A stretch of 63,993 bases of DNA, counting the filler, from Octopus bimaculoides (lineage: Eukaryota): assembly GCF_001194135.2 (NCBI RefSeq). It is 5 parts of 5 records of this genome, joined end to end, with 100 filler letters (N's around TTAATTAATTAA, not from the genome) between each part and the next. Parts side by side here need not be neighbours in the genome. Positions count along the whole stretch, not along the records: positions 33,172 to 42,068 come from NC_068988.1; positions 42,169 to 62,770 come from NC_068987.1; 3 more parts are not named here. The stretch is one strand, 5' to 3'. The position numbers and the translations under genes are program-made. Under the pieces are notes generated by a model. The model did no database searches, was not told the origin of the DNA, and saw nothing but the letters and a program-made list of their open reading frames with translations. Of this stretch, positions 39,599 through 52,419 are shown piece after piece (within the stretch, counting starts at the first letter, position 1; every line of letters starts with the position of its first letter).

Positions 39599-40546
39599 AA
39601 AATAATGACAGCCTTTGAGAAAGAGGGAAAAACCTCCCCGTCGAAACAAAACTCCGGAAAAAAGACTAAAACTTTCAGGTAGGGACCGTCGGACTCTTAG
39701 CAGATTGTTAGAAAGGATCACAAAAGTACAGCTCCCAGAATTACTGCAGAGCTTAATGACCACTTCGGGAATCCAGTTTCCACAAAAACTGTTCGCCGGG
39801 AGCTGCACAAAGCCGGATTTCACGGGAGGGCTGCAATCAGAAAACCATTCCTTTCAAAAACAAACGTTGCAAAGCGTTTAGAGTGGAGTAAAAAACCTAC
39901 AGAATTGGCTTCTAGAGCAGTGGAAGAATGTTATTTTCTCGGATGAGTCATACTTTACCTTATTGCCGACCACCATACGTTGGAAACAGTCAAAAGAAGC
40001 ATTTAATCCAGACTGCCTTCTTCTAACTGTTAAACATGTAGGAGGATCTGTGATGATCTGGGGTGAGGGTTATATCTTGGAAATCCGTCGGCCCAATGGT
40101 TTCCCTTCATGGGAGAATTAATAGTCAAGACTAATTAAGCATTTTATCTGATCAAATTCATCCTATGGTTGCGGAACTGTTTCTGGAGGGAAACGCAATC
40201 TTTCAGGACGATAATACACCAATTCACACAGCTAAAGTTGTTACTGAATGGTATGAGGAACATTCTAGTGAAGTTGAACATCTTATCTGCCCACCTCAGT
40301 CCCCAGATCTCATTATAATTGAACATTTATGGTGCATTTTAGAAAAAACAAGTAAGGAGTCGATATCTTCCACTATCATCACTACAAGGACTGGAGACTG
40401 TTTTAGCTGAAGAATGGAGAAAAATTCCTTTGGAAACAATTCAAACTTTGTACGAGTCCATACGTCGTAGAATTCAAGCTGTAATTACTGCCAAAGGCGA
40501 TCCTCCCCCATATTAAATTAAATTTGTTTGAAATTTTAAGGTCTTT
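39599..40546 (+). mobile_element. Tc1 (DD34E) transposase pseudogene
   Basis: KLSGRDRR, NVIFSDES, GGSVMIWG, IFQDDN, PPQSPDL.IIEHLW and VITAKG; frameshifted. Confidence 0.9.
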
Positions 40547-41412
40547 NNNNNNNNNNNNNNNNNNNNNNNNNNNNNNNNNNNNNNNNNNNNNNNNNNNNNN
40601 NNNNNNNNNNNNNNNNNNNNNNNNNNNNNNNNNNNNNNNNNNNNNNNNNNNNNNNNNNNNNNNNNNNNNNNNNNNNNNNNNNNNNNNNNNNNNNNNNNNN
40701 NNNNNNNNNNNNNNNNNNNNNNNNNNNNNNNNNNNNNNNNNNNNNNNNNNNNNNNNNNNNNNNNNNNNNNNNNNNNNNNNNNNNNNNNNNNNNNNNNNNN
40801 NNNNNNNNNNNNNNNNNNNNNNNNNNNNNNNNNNNNNNNNNNNNNNNNNNNNNNNNNNNNNNNNNNNNNNNNNNNNNNNNNNNNNNNNNNNNNNNNNNNN
40901 NNNNNNNNNNNNNNNNNNNNNNNNNNNNNNNNNNNNNNNNNNNNNNNNNNNNNNNNNNNNNNNNNNNNNNNNNNNNNNNNNNNNNNNNNNNNNNNNNNNN
41001 NNNNNNNNNNNNNNNNNNNNNNNNNNNNNNNNNNNNNNNNNNNNNNNNNNNNNNNNNNNNNNNNNNNNNNNNNNNNNNNNNNNNNNNNNNNNNNNNNNNN
41101 NNNNNNNNNNNNNNNNNNNNNNNNNNNNNNNNNNNNNNNNNNNNNNNNNNNNNNNNNNNNNNNNNNNNNNNNNNNNNNNNNNNNNNNNNNNNNNNNNNNN
41201 NNNNNNNNNNNNNNNNNNNNNNNNNNNNNNNNNNNNNNNNNNNNNNNNNNNNNNNNNNNNNNNNNNNNNNNNNNNNNNNNNNNNNNNNNNNNNNNNNNNN
41301 NNNNNNNNNNNNNNNNNNNNNNNNNNNNNNNNNNNNNNNNNNNNNNNNNNNNNNNNNNNNNNNNNNNNNNNNNNNNNNNNNNNNNNNNNNNNNNNNNNNN
41401 NNNNNNNNNNNN

Positions 41413-42068
41413 CCATCAAATAGGTTGGCGAAATTTGGGCCCATTCTCGTTCCCATAGCGACTCCACATAAACGTTGCTAGGTCTCCCCGGCGAACTTAA
41501 AGCAGTTGAGGGTGAGGATGAGCACTGCCAGACGGAGAAGGGTCGAGTCGCTGGGTGTGGGGTCAGGGAGACGGTCGAGGAAGAATTGGAGGGCTAAGAG
41601 ACCGTCGTTGTGGGGAATCACCGTGTATAGGGATTTGATGTCCAAGGTGAAGAGGAGGTGTGACGGGGCGAGAGTGAAGGAAAAAGAATTGAAAAGGTAA
41701 AGGGCGTGATTGGTGTCATGTATATGGGATGGGAGGGCAGCAACTACAGGGGACAGGATGCGGTCAAGGTATTTTGAAATAAGTTCCGTGGAGCAATTAC
41801 AGGCGGAAACAATGGGGCAGTCAGGGTTGTCGGGTTTATGTATTTGGGGAAGAAAAGAGATGGTGGAGGTACGGGGTGTTCGGACGATGAGGTTGGTGGC
41901 GGCGGGGTGGAGGGCTGAAGAGGAGACGAGGTCATGGATGGTGGAGAACACGCGCTATTGGTAGGAGGAGGTGGGGTCGGAGGAAAGCAGGCGATAGAAG
42001 AGGAGATTTCGAAGCTGGCTGAGCGCTTCCTCCCTGTATAGATTCGCACTCCACACCACCACTGCTCC
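41413..42068 (-). mobile_element. Penelope-like RT fragment, single frame with two stops
   Basis: LPQIHKPDNP.PIVS, LFTLDIKSLYTVIPH and GVAMGTRMGPNFANLF. Confidence 0.9.
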
Positions 42069-42496
42069 NNNNNNNNNNNNNNNNNNNNNNNNNNNNNNNN
42101 NNNNNNNNNNNNTTAATTAATTAANNNNNNNNNNNNNNNNNNNNNNNNNNNNNNNNNNNNNNNNNNNNCATCGTCATGCTTGACCGCCGCAGCTACCACC
42201 ACCACCACCACCACCACCATCACCAACACCACCACCACCACCACCACCACCACCACCATCATCATCGTCACCTCCGCCTCTATCACAACTACAGCTCATA
42301 CTATTACTATCACTCCATTACCATCTCAACTGTTAATCTACGATCACCCTCATCGCCTTTATGCCTACTATTACTCTCACCCCAACATGAGGAATAGTAG
42401 AAGTGTTATTGAATATGTATATACATATACATACATATGTATATGTGTTTATGTGTGTGTGTGTTATATGCTTTCACCCGGTGCGTTTTCACTCAC

Positions 42497-42599
42497 CTTT
42501 CCCACATATTCCGGAATTATCTTCGGTTTCACTTCGATAATACGAAAACAGCTTGAGCCGTTTCCGTTACACATTCCACACTGGTCTTCAAGCGACGTT
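42497..42599 (-). CDS. Cys-rich extracellular protein, exon n+2 (phase 2-0)
   Basis: aag|TSLEDQCGMCNGNGSSCFRIIEVKPKIIPEYVGK|gtgagt; continues the repeat in frame. Confidence 0.8.
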
Positions 42600-43572
42600 C
42601 TTTTAATGAAAAATATATTTAACATTTAGCAGTTACATAGGATAAAACGATGTAAACATAAAAAAACATTAACGGAGGTTTTGGAATCTGTGGAACAAAT
42701 ACATCGATGTGCTTCATTCAAGCTTGATAAAAACTAGAAATGCATGCTGGGACATTCTCTGATAGGCTCGTGTCCTTTTCACGAAGGTAGTGTTTCTTTT
42801 GTTTCAGCGAGTCATTCAGAAATCAAAATCAATTGCCCTAATTAATGAACACATAGAATCATGAAAAATTATGTGGTTGATAAGCGATGAAAACTAACAA
42901 TAATACGCAGCTACAACAACATACACCTATCACATTTAGATACGGTAATCCCTCGACTATCGTAGGTGTTCCAAATATCCTGCGTTAGGTGAAAATCTAC
43001 GAAGTAGAAACAGTACTGTACTGTATATTTTTAAAATTAATTTTATAATTTGTATATATTTATTCTATTATAAATGCAAAACAACACCACGGAGGAATCG
43101 ACGTAAGCTTAAATAATAAACTGTGATATGGCGTGGGATTACTGTATCTTCCATTCAATTCAATCTTTTGGGTCTGGTTTGTTTTCTAGCATGCTGCTTT
43201 GCACAAGTAGCATTTCTCTCTATTTACACACACACACACACATGCACAAGAGTTAAAGAATGGAGTAGATAATATCCAGGCTACATATGTTTCACAGCTA
43301 GCGGAACCTCCGAAGCGGTAAACATCCAAGGGATGTGTATACCGCAGGCTACTCTGCAGGCCAAGGATATCTTGATTATGTGCGTATATGTATATGTGTT
43401 CGGACGTGACAGCTTTTAGAAACCGTTATGCTAATTGCACTTCCCAAGAAACGCTATAGGGCATTATTTATTATTCAAAATTGCACCAGCCAATCGAATT
43501 TAACTGATCAATATGGATCCATATTAATTTCTTCTTAGGGGTGATGAATAATAAAAATGTAAATGTATTTAT

Positions 43573-43648
<76 letters not shown>

Positions 43649-44010
43649 GTATATACGTGTGCATTTATGTATGTGTGCGTGTATATATGTATATGTATAT
43701 GTCAGCATGCATACGGATTAATGTATCTGTGCATACGTACATATATACATAGGTATGCATATACGTATGTATGATGACATCTGTGTACGTGATGATTTGT
43801 GCCTATGCGTAAATGTATGTAAATAAATGTGAATGTGTGAGTGTATACATATACATAGATGGACGTACAGATGAATGTATGAACGCGTGTAGGTCTATAT
43901 GTGTGTAATTATGTTATATATATATATATACAAATTTTCTCAACTTTATACACAACTTACAAAGGTGCTTTACTTCCTTATTTTATTTGTATTGTACTTT
44001 ATTTATATTA

Positions 44011-44655
44011 AAGTAGTTGTTTGCTGTCAACTTAATGTGATAGTCCCATGAAGGGAATAATACTACTGCTATTTAGCCCTAGGAAGCTGCACCTTGACAC
44101 ATTTCCTGTGTCCTTATGTTTACAAGGGAGAGACAAGCATCTCCACTTAGCTAAGCCTGCATCCAGAGACATGTTTCTGAGTCTTTGCTCGTCATCAGTC
44201 TAGAGTAGCAATAGCCTGTTAGTTGGAGATGCTTGCCAAGCTCTCGTAAACATATAATAATTCTAGTGAAACACATTCACTGATTTCAAAAATAGAAATA
44301 ATACATTTCTAAATCTCTCAGAGAGATTTATGCAGTAGTGATACGATAAAGTAGTTGTATAATGTCAAGTTAATGTGACAGTCCCATGAAGGGAATAATG
44401 CTACTGCTATTTAGCCCTAGGAAGCTGCACTGCTTCCTGTTGGCCTTGACACATTTCCTGTGTCCTTATGTTTACAAGGGGGAGACAAGCACCTCCACCC
44501 AGCTAGGGCTAAATCGCACCTCCATCCACCTAGGGCTAAATAGCAGTAGTATTATTCCCTTCATGGGACTATCACATTAAGTTGACAGCATACAACTACT
44601 TTATCGCATCACTACTGCATAAATCTGAGAGATTTAGAAATGTATTATTTCTATT
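44011..44655 (-). mobile_element. Penelope pLTR / retrozyme-like non-coding element: tandem ~339-bp unit plus inverted partial copy
   Basis: 44011-44150 is repeated at 44350-44499; 44531-44655 is the reverse complement of 44290-44420; contains the hammerhead motif. Confidence 0.75.
44162..44204 (-). ncRNA. Minimal type I hammerhead ribozyme motif
   Basis: UCUAGA-CUGAUGA-CGAGcaaagaCUCA-GAAA-CAUGUC-UCUGGA: full core, 6-bp helix I, palindromic ACAUGU helix III, GUC cleavage triplet. Confidence 0.8.
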
Positions 44656-45422
44656 TATTTATATTGTTCTTTATTTATATTGTAATTTACTCTATAATCT
44701 CTATTTATTCATTCATTTATTATTCTGTTTACCTAATCTATCCTACCTCCAACCAATCTGCAAACTCCTCGCCCAAATGCATATAAATACAAACCATAAA
44801 TAATATCATTCAGTGTGGTACGATGAACTTACAAACAAACATACATGACATCTAGTGGTACCTTTTTTGTCTCTGAAGAGATTATGCTCAGAAATATGAA
44901 TTTAATACTTAATTAACTTCACTATGTATAATTGAAACAGCTGTAAGGGATAATGATCGATTTGTTGCAGATAATAAACTCTTATTAACTTCAAAATCTC
45001 CATTTTTTTCCTTTTTTTTCCTTTGCATGAATATAAACCACAATTTATATACAAACCTATTATCTTAAAGAAATCAATTCCCCAACAAAATATTAGGTAT
45101 TGAACCAGTATTTCCTTAGATGACACCATCCCTTCAAGAGGCTAACATAACCTCTAACTGAATATATATATATGTATATATATCGCTGAGGCATTGCGAG
45201 GCTAATAAGCCGGTGTAGAATTCACTATATGTGTATTTCAGAACGAAGTGTTAGCCGAGTATAGAGTGGTAATAAGAAAGATGACAAAAGAATAATTGAT
45301 TGTCTTATGAACTTCATAATATATACACACAAATACGCACACATACACATATGTTGTACTGTCCTAATTTTCTCTTATATACACATAGTCACTTAAATAC
45401 CCAATAAGATTATTTGACTTAC

Positions 45423-45573
45423 CCGTTAACTACCCCAGCACAGTCGGTACAGGTACTATTATTTCCATTGCATACGCCACAAGCGTCTTTGCGCTCAGCA
45501 GGTAAAGTTTCATTCCATTGCAAACATATGTTACATGTATAGTTGTTCTGATAGGCTTTGTACGCTGTTTGAC
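45423..45573 (-). CDS. Cys-rich extracellular protein, exon n+1 (phase 1-2)
   Basis: tacag|..CNIC..DACGVCNGNNSTCTDCAGVVNG|gtaagt; in frame with exon n. Confidence 0.85.
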
Positions 45574-45613
45574 CTGTAATAGGTTGAAAAAATGTAAGAT
45601 ATAGAAATACATA

Positions 45614-46589
45614 TGTTAGGGACGACCGTGCGAACTCATAAAAGGAGATATGGTGACGAATGGAAGAACAGAGGACTCCTTTTATTTAAACGTGTCACAC
45701 GGTCGAACATACAATAGATATATCAAATGGATGATATACATAATGTTATACGACGATAACATAGATGACCAGTAATGAAAGACCACAACCGTATTAGATG
45801 AATAACAGATATATTTATTGTAGTGTTAAAGATGTATGTCTGTGTGAGAGTGTGAATGCGACATATAAGAACATAATCAAAGACAGGCCGTCATACAAAG
45901 AAAAGTGTGTATGTGAGTGATACATGTGTGTATGTGAAATATNNNNNNNNNNNNNNNNNNNNNNNNNNNNNNNNNNNNNNNNNNNNNNNNNNNNNNNNNN
46001 NNNNNNNNNNNNNNNNNNNNNNNNNNNNNNNNNNNNNNNNNNNNNNNNNNNNNNNNNNNNNNNNNNNNNNNNNNNNNNNNNNNNNNNNNNNNNNNNNNNN
46101 NNNNNNNNNNNNNNNNNNNNNNNNNNNNNNNNNNNNNNNNNNNNNNNNNNNNNNNNNNNNNNNNNNNNNNNNNNNNNNNNNNNNNNNNNNNNNNNNNNNN
46201 NNNNNNNNNNNNNNNNNNNNNNNNNNNNNNNNNNNNNNNNNNNNNNNNNTGGCTGCTGCTGCTGTCGTGTGGTACACGGAACAGTTCTCAAAGAGAAACT
46301 GGACCGAGACCAATTTGGCTGCCGAGTTAAAGCTATTTATAACAAACTATTGGCTCACCAGATGGTAGAAATATACTCTATCACGTGACCTTACTAGGGG
46401 CCGTGATTGGTCAGTTCGCGTTCTGGCGGGAACGGTTCGAAGAAGTTGCCGATTCGAATAATGATCAGTCACGTGATGGACAAGGAATGGGTTCTCTACT
46501 ACGCTCGCATTTATTTATATTTAAATGAGAAGATTGTATGTAATGGCGATAGTAGTTTGTATCTAATGGCGGGAGGTAGTTTCACTACA
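45614..46589 (-). mobile_element. Solo LTR with perfect 4-bp TSD
   Basis: TGTAGTGAAAC..CTAACA termini; CATA at 45610-45613 and 46590-46593; CCAAT, CACGTG, TATAAATA and AATAAA in LTR order. Confidence 0.8.
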
Positions 46590-46891
46590 CATATATTAGG
46601 AAATTTAATTATTATAATGATTACGCAGCGATATGCATATGTGACAAAAAGAAAATCCCCCATTTCTGTTATCCTCCTAAACAAAGTTAAAATTGTCATC
46701 GCTTCTTAAAGGCGATTTTGTTGAAGTAATGAAATATAGTAACTTGGTAGTCGAAGTTGATTAATTGATTTACCAAACGATTAATCTAACAATCGATTGG
46801 TTAAATGTTTAACTAATAGACAAATAATAATGATAACGGAAGTGAAATAGAACTAGCCCGTCTGTTATTATTAGAGATACAAGACACACAC

Positions 46892-46942
<51 letters not shown>

Positions 46943-47027
46943 CATGCATACATATGGACGTACGTACAATTGCTTGTACATACCTAAATATGTATGTATA
47001 TGAATATACATGCATACATACATACAT

Positions 47028-47093
<66 letters not shown>

Positions 47094-47865
47094 GCATGTG
47101 GGTGTGTGCGATGACCGCTGCTTATTCGTTCTCAAATATAGGAAGACGATGCTTGTGCATGATGCTTTTTAAGTGAGCGGCTTTGCGCACAACCATTTCC
47201 ACTCCTTGAAAAACGACGACAGATACTTCAAAAAGAAGAACTACTCAACATTGACTGCCTTCGAATCGCAGGTTTCACATCAGTGTTTTTCTTCTAAAGC
47301 GATGTCCTAACAAGTACTAGGGGTCACTCACCCCCAGTGATGTATTACACCAAGCCTACGTTTTGATTCTCATGCTGTTCTGCCGACTGAACCTGTTGTG
47401 CCTAACCACTGTTGAAAACATGTCAACCCTCTGCACAGCCGCTGTATTTTCTGCACCAAATTCACCAGTTTATCGATAATTGCTACAAGAATAACTGTAG
47501 TCCGTGAGAAATAGCAGACCAAGATTGTGTACACAGTATTGGATAGGGGTTGACTTTAATGAGTTCATCCGTCCTGCGACAGTTTTTATCTTGCAGGGTT
47601 CCCAACCACCCTCCTTACTAACCAAGCTTAGTGGGGTTGCCAGTTTAGTCGACGCCGACCCGACCAAGCAGCAGCTTGAACTGGATTATATGTTAGCAGT
47701 AACGCTCACAGACGACTTGACGAATACACACATACGCACGTTCATAGACTGATAGATAAAGATAGATAAATATCGATACTTAGACAAACAGCTAGATATA
47801 TAGATCTGTAGGTAGGTTAGAAGGTCGGTAAGTAGCTAGCTAGATAGATAGATCGATAGAAATAC

Positions 47866-48066
47866 CTGGTGCGTGGCAGGTTCCTGTGCAATCTTCAAAG
47901 TCGCTTTTAGTTTTCTTTACTCCGTTGACACAATAGTTGCAACTGTCATTATATGCTGTACCATTACAAACATTGTTGCAATCAAGACCGTATTTTTGTG
48001 TTTTATTAGTCTCACCGCCCACGCAGTAACCACACTCGTTGGTAGTTGCAGTACCATTACATGTCC
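47866..48066 (-). CDS. Cys-rich extracellular protein, exon n (phase 1-1)
   Basis: tttcag|..TCNGTATTNECGYCVGG..DCNNVCNGTAYNDSCNYCVNG..DCTGTCHAP|gtattt; 201 nt. Confidence 0.85.
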
Positions 48067-48207
48067 CTGAAACAGAAATTAGTGATTAAAGTTATTCAGC
48101 GAATAATTATGTTTTGGTTCATTGTTGTCAACACACTGTTGAGGAAAGGTTGAAAAAGAAAAACCCGATGAAAAAGGACTCAAAATGTAAAAATAGAGCA
48201 TATACAT

Positions 48208-48271
<64 letters not shown>

Positions 48272-49725
48272 TGCTTATTTAACTGTAGCGTTACAAGTGT
48301 CTTATATCTAATATCTCCGCTACCAGACAACGCCATCGCATAGGTTTCCTGTTCTGAAGCCTTAAATGTAATTTTGTTGTCACAGGAAAGATTTTTAGTT
48401 GCTGTGTTTCAGACCTGGGTAGCTTCAGCAACAAATAAATGCACATTAACAAGAATATAGATTCGGGTTATTCTACTAATAGTGCATGGTTTAAAAAGGT
48501 AAGACCTATTTCATCTAATAATTCAAAATGGCAGTTTGTTTTAGAAATATCGCGCCAAAAAATCACTATACGAAGAAATACAGAGCAAGTGTTAACTTGC
48601 AGGCACAGTATCAAATTCTTTGCTATTCTCTTCGGACAAAATAACAGAGCATCATTTATACACCACCATATTAGCTTGAACAATAAAATCTAGATCTATG
48701 TTCAAATTTCTGGACACTAGCTGCTTTCGTTGTTTGGTGTTTCATAAACATATATTAGAAGATAAACCGCGTGTTTGAAAATCAAACAGCGAATATTTAG
48801 ACACAATACAAAAACTTCTTTTCAGAGATTTCGTGTCATTTTGTTTTTTGAGTCTTTTATTATACAATTAATAACTTTTATTTCAAGAAATATTGCGACT
48901 GTATCAAGTTTTTGCAAAAACGTATGTGTGTGTGTGAGTTTATATAAGCATGTATGTATTCATGCAACTATATGCACGTGTGTGTATGCATGAATGTATT
49001 CATGAACTATGTATATGTCTGTGTATATGCGTGCATACGTGCGTGTGTGTTGGTGTGTTTTAGAGCAGGAAGAAACCTTTTGTACTTTATAAACGCAGCT
49101 CCTTGAGATTTTTGTTCTGCATCAATTTAGAAGTAGAAATACAGTGAATTGGTAATTTATCCGCTGAAAGTCCGTAATTAAAGATAGATAAATAAAGATA
49201 CATAGACGGATAGATTACAGTATTACTTCTAACCGGGTGAGTCAAAAATAAACGAAGGCTTCTGAAAATAATTATACTAAGAGACTAATTCAATGAATCC
49301 CTATTTGTAACATCAAGTTAATGAGGCTTTTATCATAAATCCATTGATACGTGTTCTTGAATCGATATTAAAAATCTATAAGATAATTAACATAAATACT
49401 GTCTCTGGATTCATTGCTGATCAATAATTACAATATTGAATACATTAATATTGATATGTTAAGATCTATTGATTGATAGCTAGGCTTTTGTTATATACTT
49501 AGACATAAGATAACTTATTAATTAAAGATCTCTATGGATTATTTAAAAGTAAGGCATATATTATGTTAATATCACCAAAATAAGCAAAATCAATTTTATT
49601 TACTTTTATTATAAACCTAGCTTGTAATCAAGTGAAAACCACTTAGTGACATTAATGCACGTTGCGCGAGTAAAAAGTACTTTACCTGCATACGGTGAAA
49701 ATGATATTACTTATATAAGCAAAAG

Positions 49726-50160
49726 GGCGGCGAACTGGCAGAAACGTTAGCATGCCGGGAGAAATGCTGCGCAGTATTTCGTCTGTCTTTACGTTCTGAG
49801 TTCAAATTCCGCCGAGGTTGACTTTGCCTTTCATCCTTTCGGGTCGATAAATTAAGTACCAGTTGCGTACTGGAGTCGATCTAATCGACTGGTCCCCCTC
49901 CCTCAAAATTTCGGGCCTTGTGCCTAGAGCAGAAAAGAATATTTTTTAACACCAAGATGGCGAGCTGGCAGAAACATTAGCACGCTAGGCGAAATGCTTG
50001 GCAGTATTTTGTCTGTCTCCATGCTCTGAGTTTAAATTCCGCCGAAGTCGACTTTGCCTTTCATCCTTTCGGGGTCGATAAATTAAGCACTAATTGCGTA
50101 TTTGGGTCGATCTAATCGACCCCCCCCCCCCAAAAAAAAAATTCGGGCCTTGTGCCTAGA
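49726..50160 (+). mobile_element. Head-to-tail pair of SINE family M copies
   Basis: Copies at ~49726-49942 and ~49957-50160. Confidence 0.9.
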
Positions 50161-52023
50161 GCTTACTTATACAATTTTATTCCTCGGTATTCTGGGGAAT
50201 AGTGAAAAACAAAAATGAGTCCAAAAGGAGTGGATTTATTGTCGCTGGACCTGCTTGAAATTTCTCTCATATAAGTAAGTACTGTTTCATGTCCCAGAAT
50301 TCATAGGGGTGACTATCCAGTTTCCATGACGTATAAATAAACGAGATCTCAACATTACCCCTGAATGAAATACTGGTCCGTTCAGTGGATTGGAACAACG
50401 TGAAATGAAGTATTTTACTCAAGAACACAATGCACGTCCCAGTCTAGGAATCGAAACTATGACCTTACGATTGTCAGTGCCAAACTCTAACCACCCATGC
50501 GCTCTCACTTCCCTCGTATAACCCCCACCTCCAAACCCCAAATAAAAAGGAAAGAAAAAGAAAAAAAGAAAAAGAAAAAAAAAAAAACCAAACAAACACG
50601 CGCAGTCGTGGTTGTGTGGGAAGAAGCTTACTTCCGCTTGAAAACTTTGGTCGTGTTTTGTTGCTCTCTGTGAGTTGTCATTTCTTTATTATTGAAACTT
50701 AATTATTGTAAACTGTTGTTGAAAATTGTTTTTGTGAACTGTTGCATGTTTAGACAATTTTNNNNNNNNNNNNNNNNNNNNNNNNNNNNNNNNNNNNNNN
50801 NNNNNNNNNNNNNNNNNNNNNNNNNNNNNNNNNNNNNNNNNNNNNNNNNNNNNNNNNNNNNNNNNNNNNNNNNNNNNNNNNNNNNNNNNNNNNNNNNNNN
50901 NNNNNNNNNNNNNNNNNNNNNNNNNNNNNNNNNNNNNNNNNNNNNNNNNNNNNNNNNNNNNNNNNNNNNNNNNNNNNNNNNNNNNNNNNNNNNNNNNNNN
51001 NNNNNNNNNNNNNNNNNNNNNNNNNNNNNNNNNNNNNNNNNNNNNNNNNNNNNNNNNNNNNNNNNNNNNNNNNNNNNNNNNNNNNNNNNNNNNNNNNNNN
51101 NNNNNNNNNNNNNNNNNNNNNNNNNNNNNNNNNNNNNNNNNNNNNNNNNNNNNNNNNNNNNNNNNNNNNNNNNNNNNNNNNNNNNNNNNNNNNNNNNNNN
51201 NNNNNNNNNNNNNNNNNNNNNNNNNNNNNNNNNNNNNNNNNNNNNNNNNNNNNNNNNNNNNNNNNNNNNNNNNNNNNNNNNNNNNNNNNNNNNNNNNNNN
51301 NNNNNNNNNGGGGGGTTATTTGCTGTGACGTTTTTCCTCTTGTAATGGAGAGACGCCGAACAAGAAGTTGTGAAGGTGTAAGTTGTTCTAGCATTGAAGG
51401 CTGCCCCTCCTCGGAATATATGTCGGAGGTGGAGGAGGAGGAGATGGTGGAATGCTTGAAGAAGATAGACAAGGCTTTGGAGGAAAGAAGCTATGCTGCG
51501 GCGACAAGAAAAGTCCCTGAATTCCAGAATTACTAGTTTTATTCCCTTTATTTTTATTCCTCCCAGTTCATATTTAGAAATATTTCTTGTGAGAAGTTTC
51601 CATCCATTTATGGTCAGTCGCTCTTAGGACCTCATGCAGATTGTACCTACCCATTTTGCCTATATATAGCAAGACCTTCTGAGAAAGAGAGAGTTGAGTG
51701 TCTTGGCTACAGGAACAGTGTAGTCATCATTGAGGATTCATACAATGTTTTACTCTTCATCAGACACTCTGTTATCCTATTAACTTGGTCAATTACATCA
51801 CAAATAGTGTAATTTCTTTTTACCCCCACCCGCTTCCGCGTATTCTCGATTAACAGGAGCGGTGTTTAGTTTAAATTTCTGGGTTGTTGAACCCCACGCA
51901 GTTAGCTTGGGTTTAATAAAGTTTTGAACACAGAATATGATAATCTATGAAATAGCTCATTGCCTATACTAGGATCAATTCAATACTTGATTTGTAAATT
52001 ACGTAACCCGTATATACCCGTCA

Positions 52024-52395
52024 TGTGGAGGCGCAATGGCCCAGTGGTTAGGGCAGCGGACTCGCGGTTTCGATTCCCAGACCGGGCGTTGTGAGTGTTT
52101 ATTGATCGAAAACACCTAAAGCTCCACGAGGCTCCGGCAGGGGATGGTGGCGGACTCTGCTCTACTCTTCCACCACAACTTTCTCTCACTCTTACTTCCT
52201 GTTTCTGTTGTGCCTGTAATTCAAAGGGTCAGCCTTGTCACACTGTGCCACGCTGAATATCCCCGAGAACTACGTTAAGGGTACACGTGTCTGTGGAGTG
52301 CTCAGCCACTTGCACGTTAATTTCACGAGCAGGCTGTTCCGTTGATCGGATCAACTGGAACCATCGACGTCGTAAGCGACGGAGTGCCAACAACA
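52024..52395 (+). mobile_element. SINE family N
   Basis: Aligns to the 7044 and 12683 copies; (CAA)n tail. Confidence 0.9.
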
Positions 52396-52419
52396 AATAT
52401 ATCCGTCCATTCATCCATT

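Noticed and set aside
44870-44900. CTGAAGAG..CTCAGAAA second hammerhead
   Set aside because: The core is incomplete once helix II is paired; no helix I or III.
51345-51536. 63-aa acidic ORF
   Set aside because: No motif or splice context; next to a gap; possibly a retroelement scrap.
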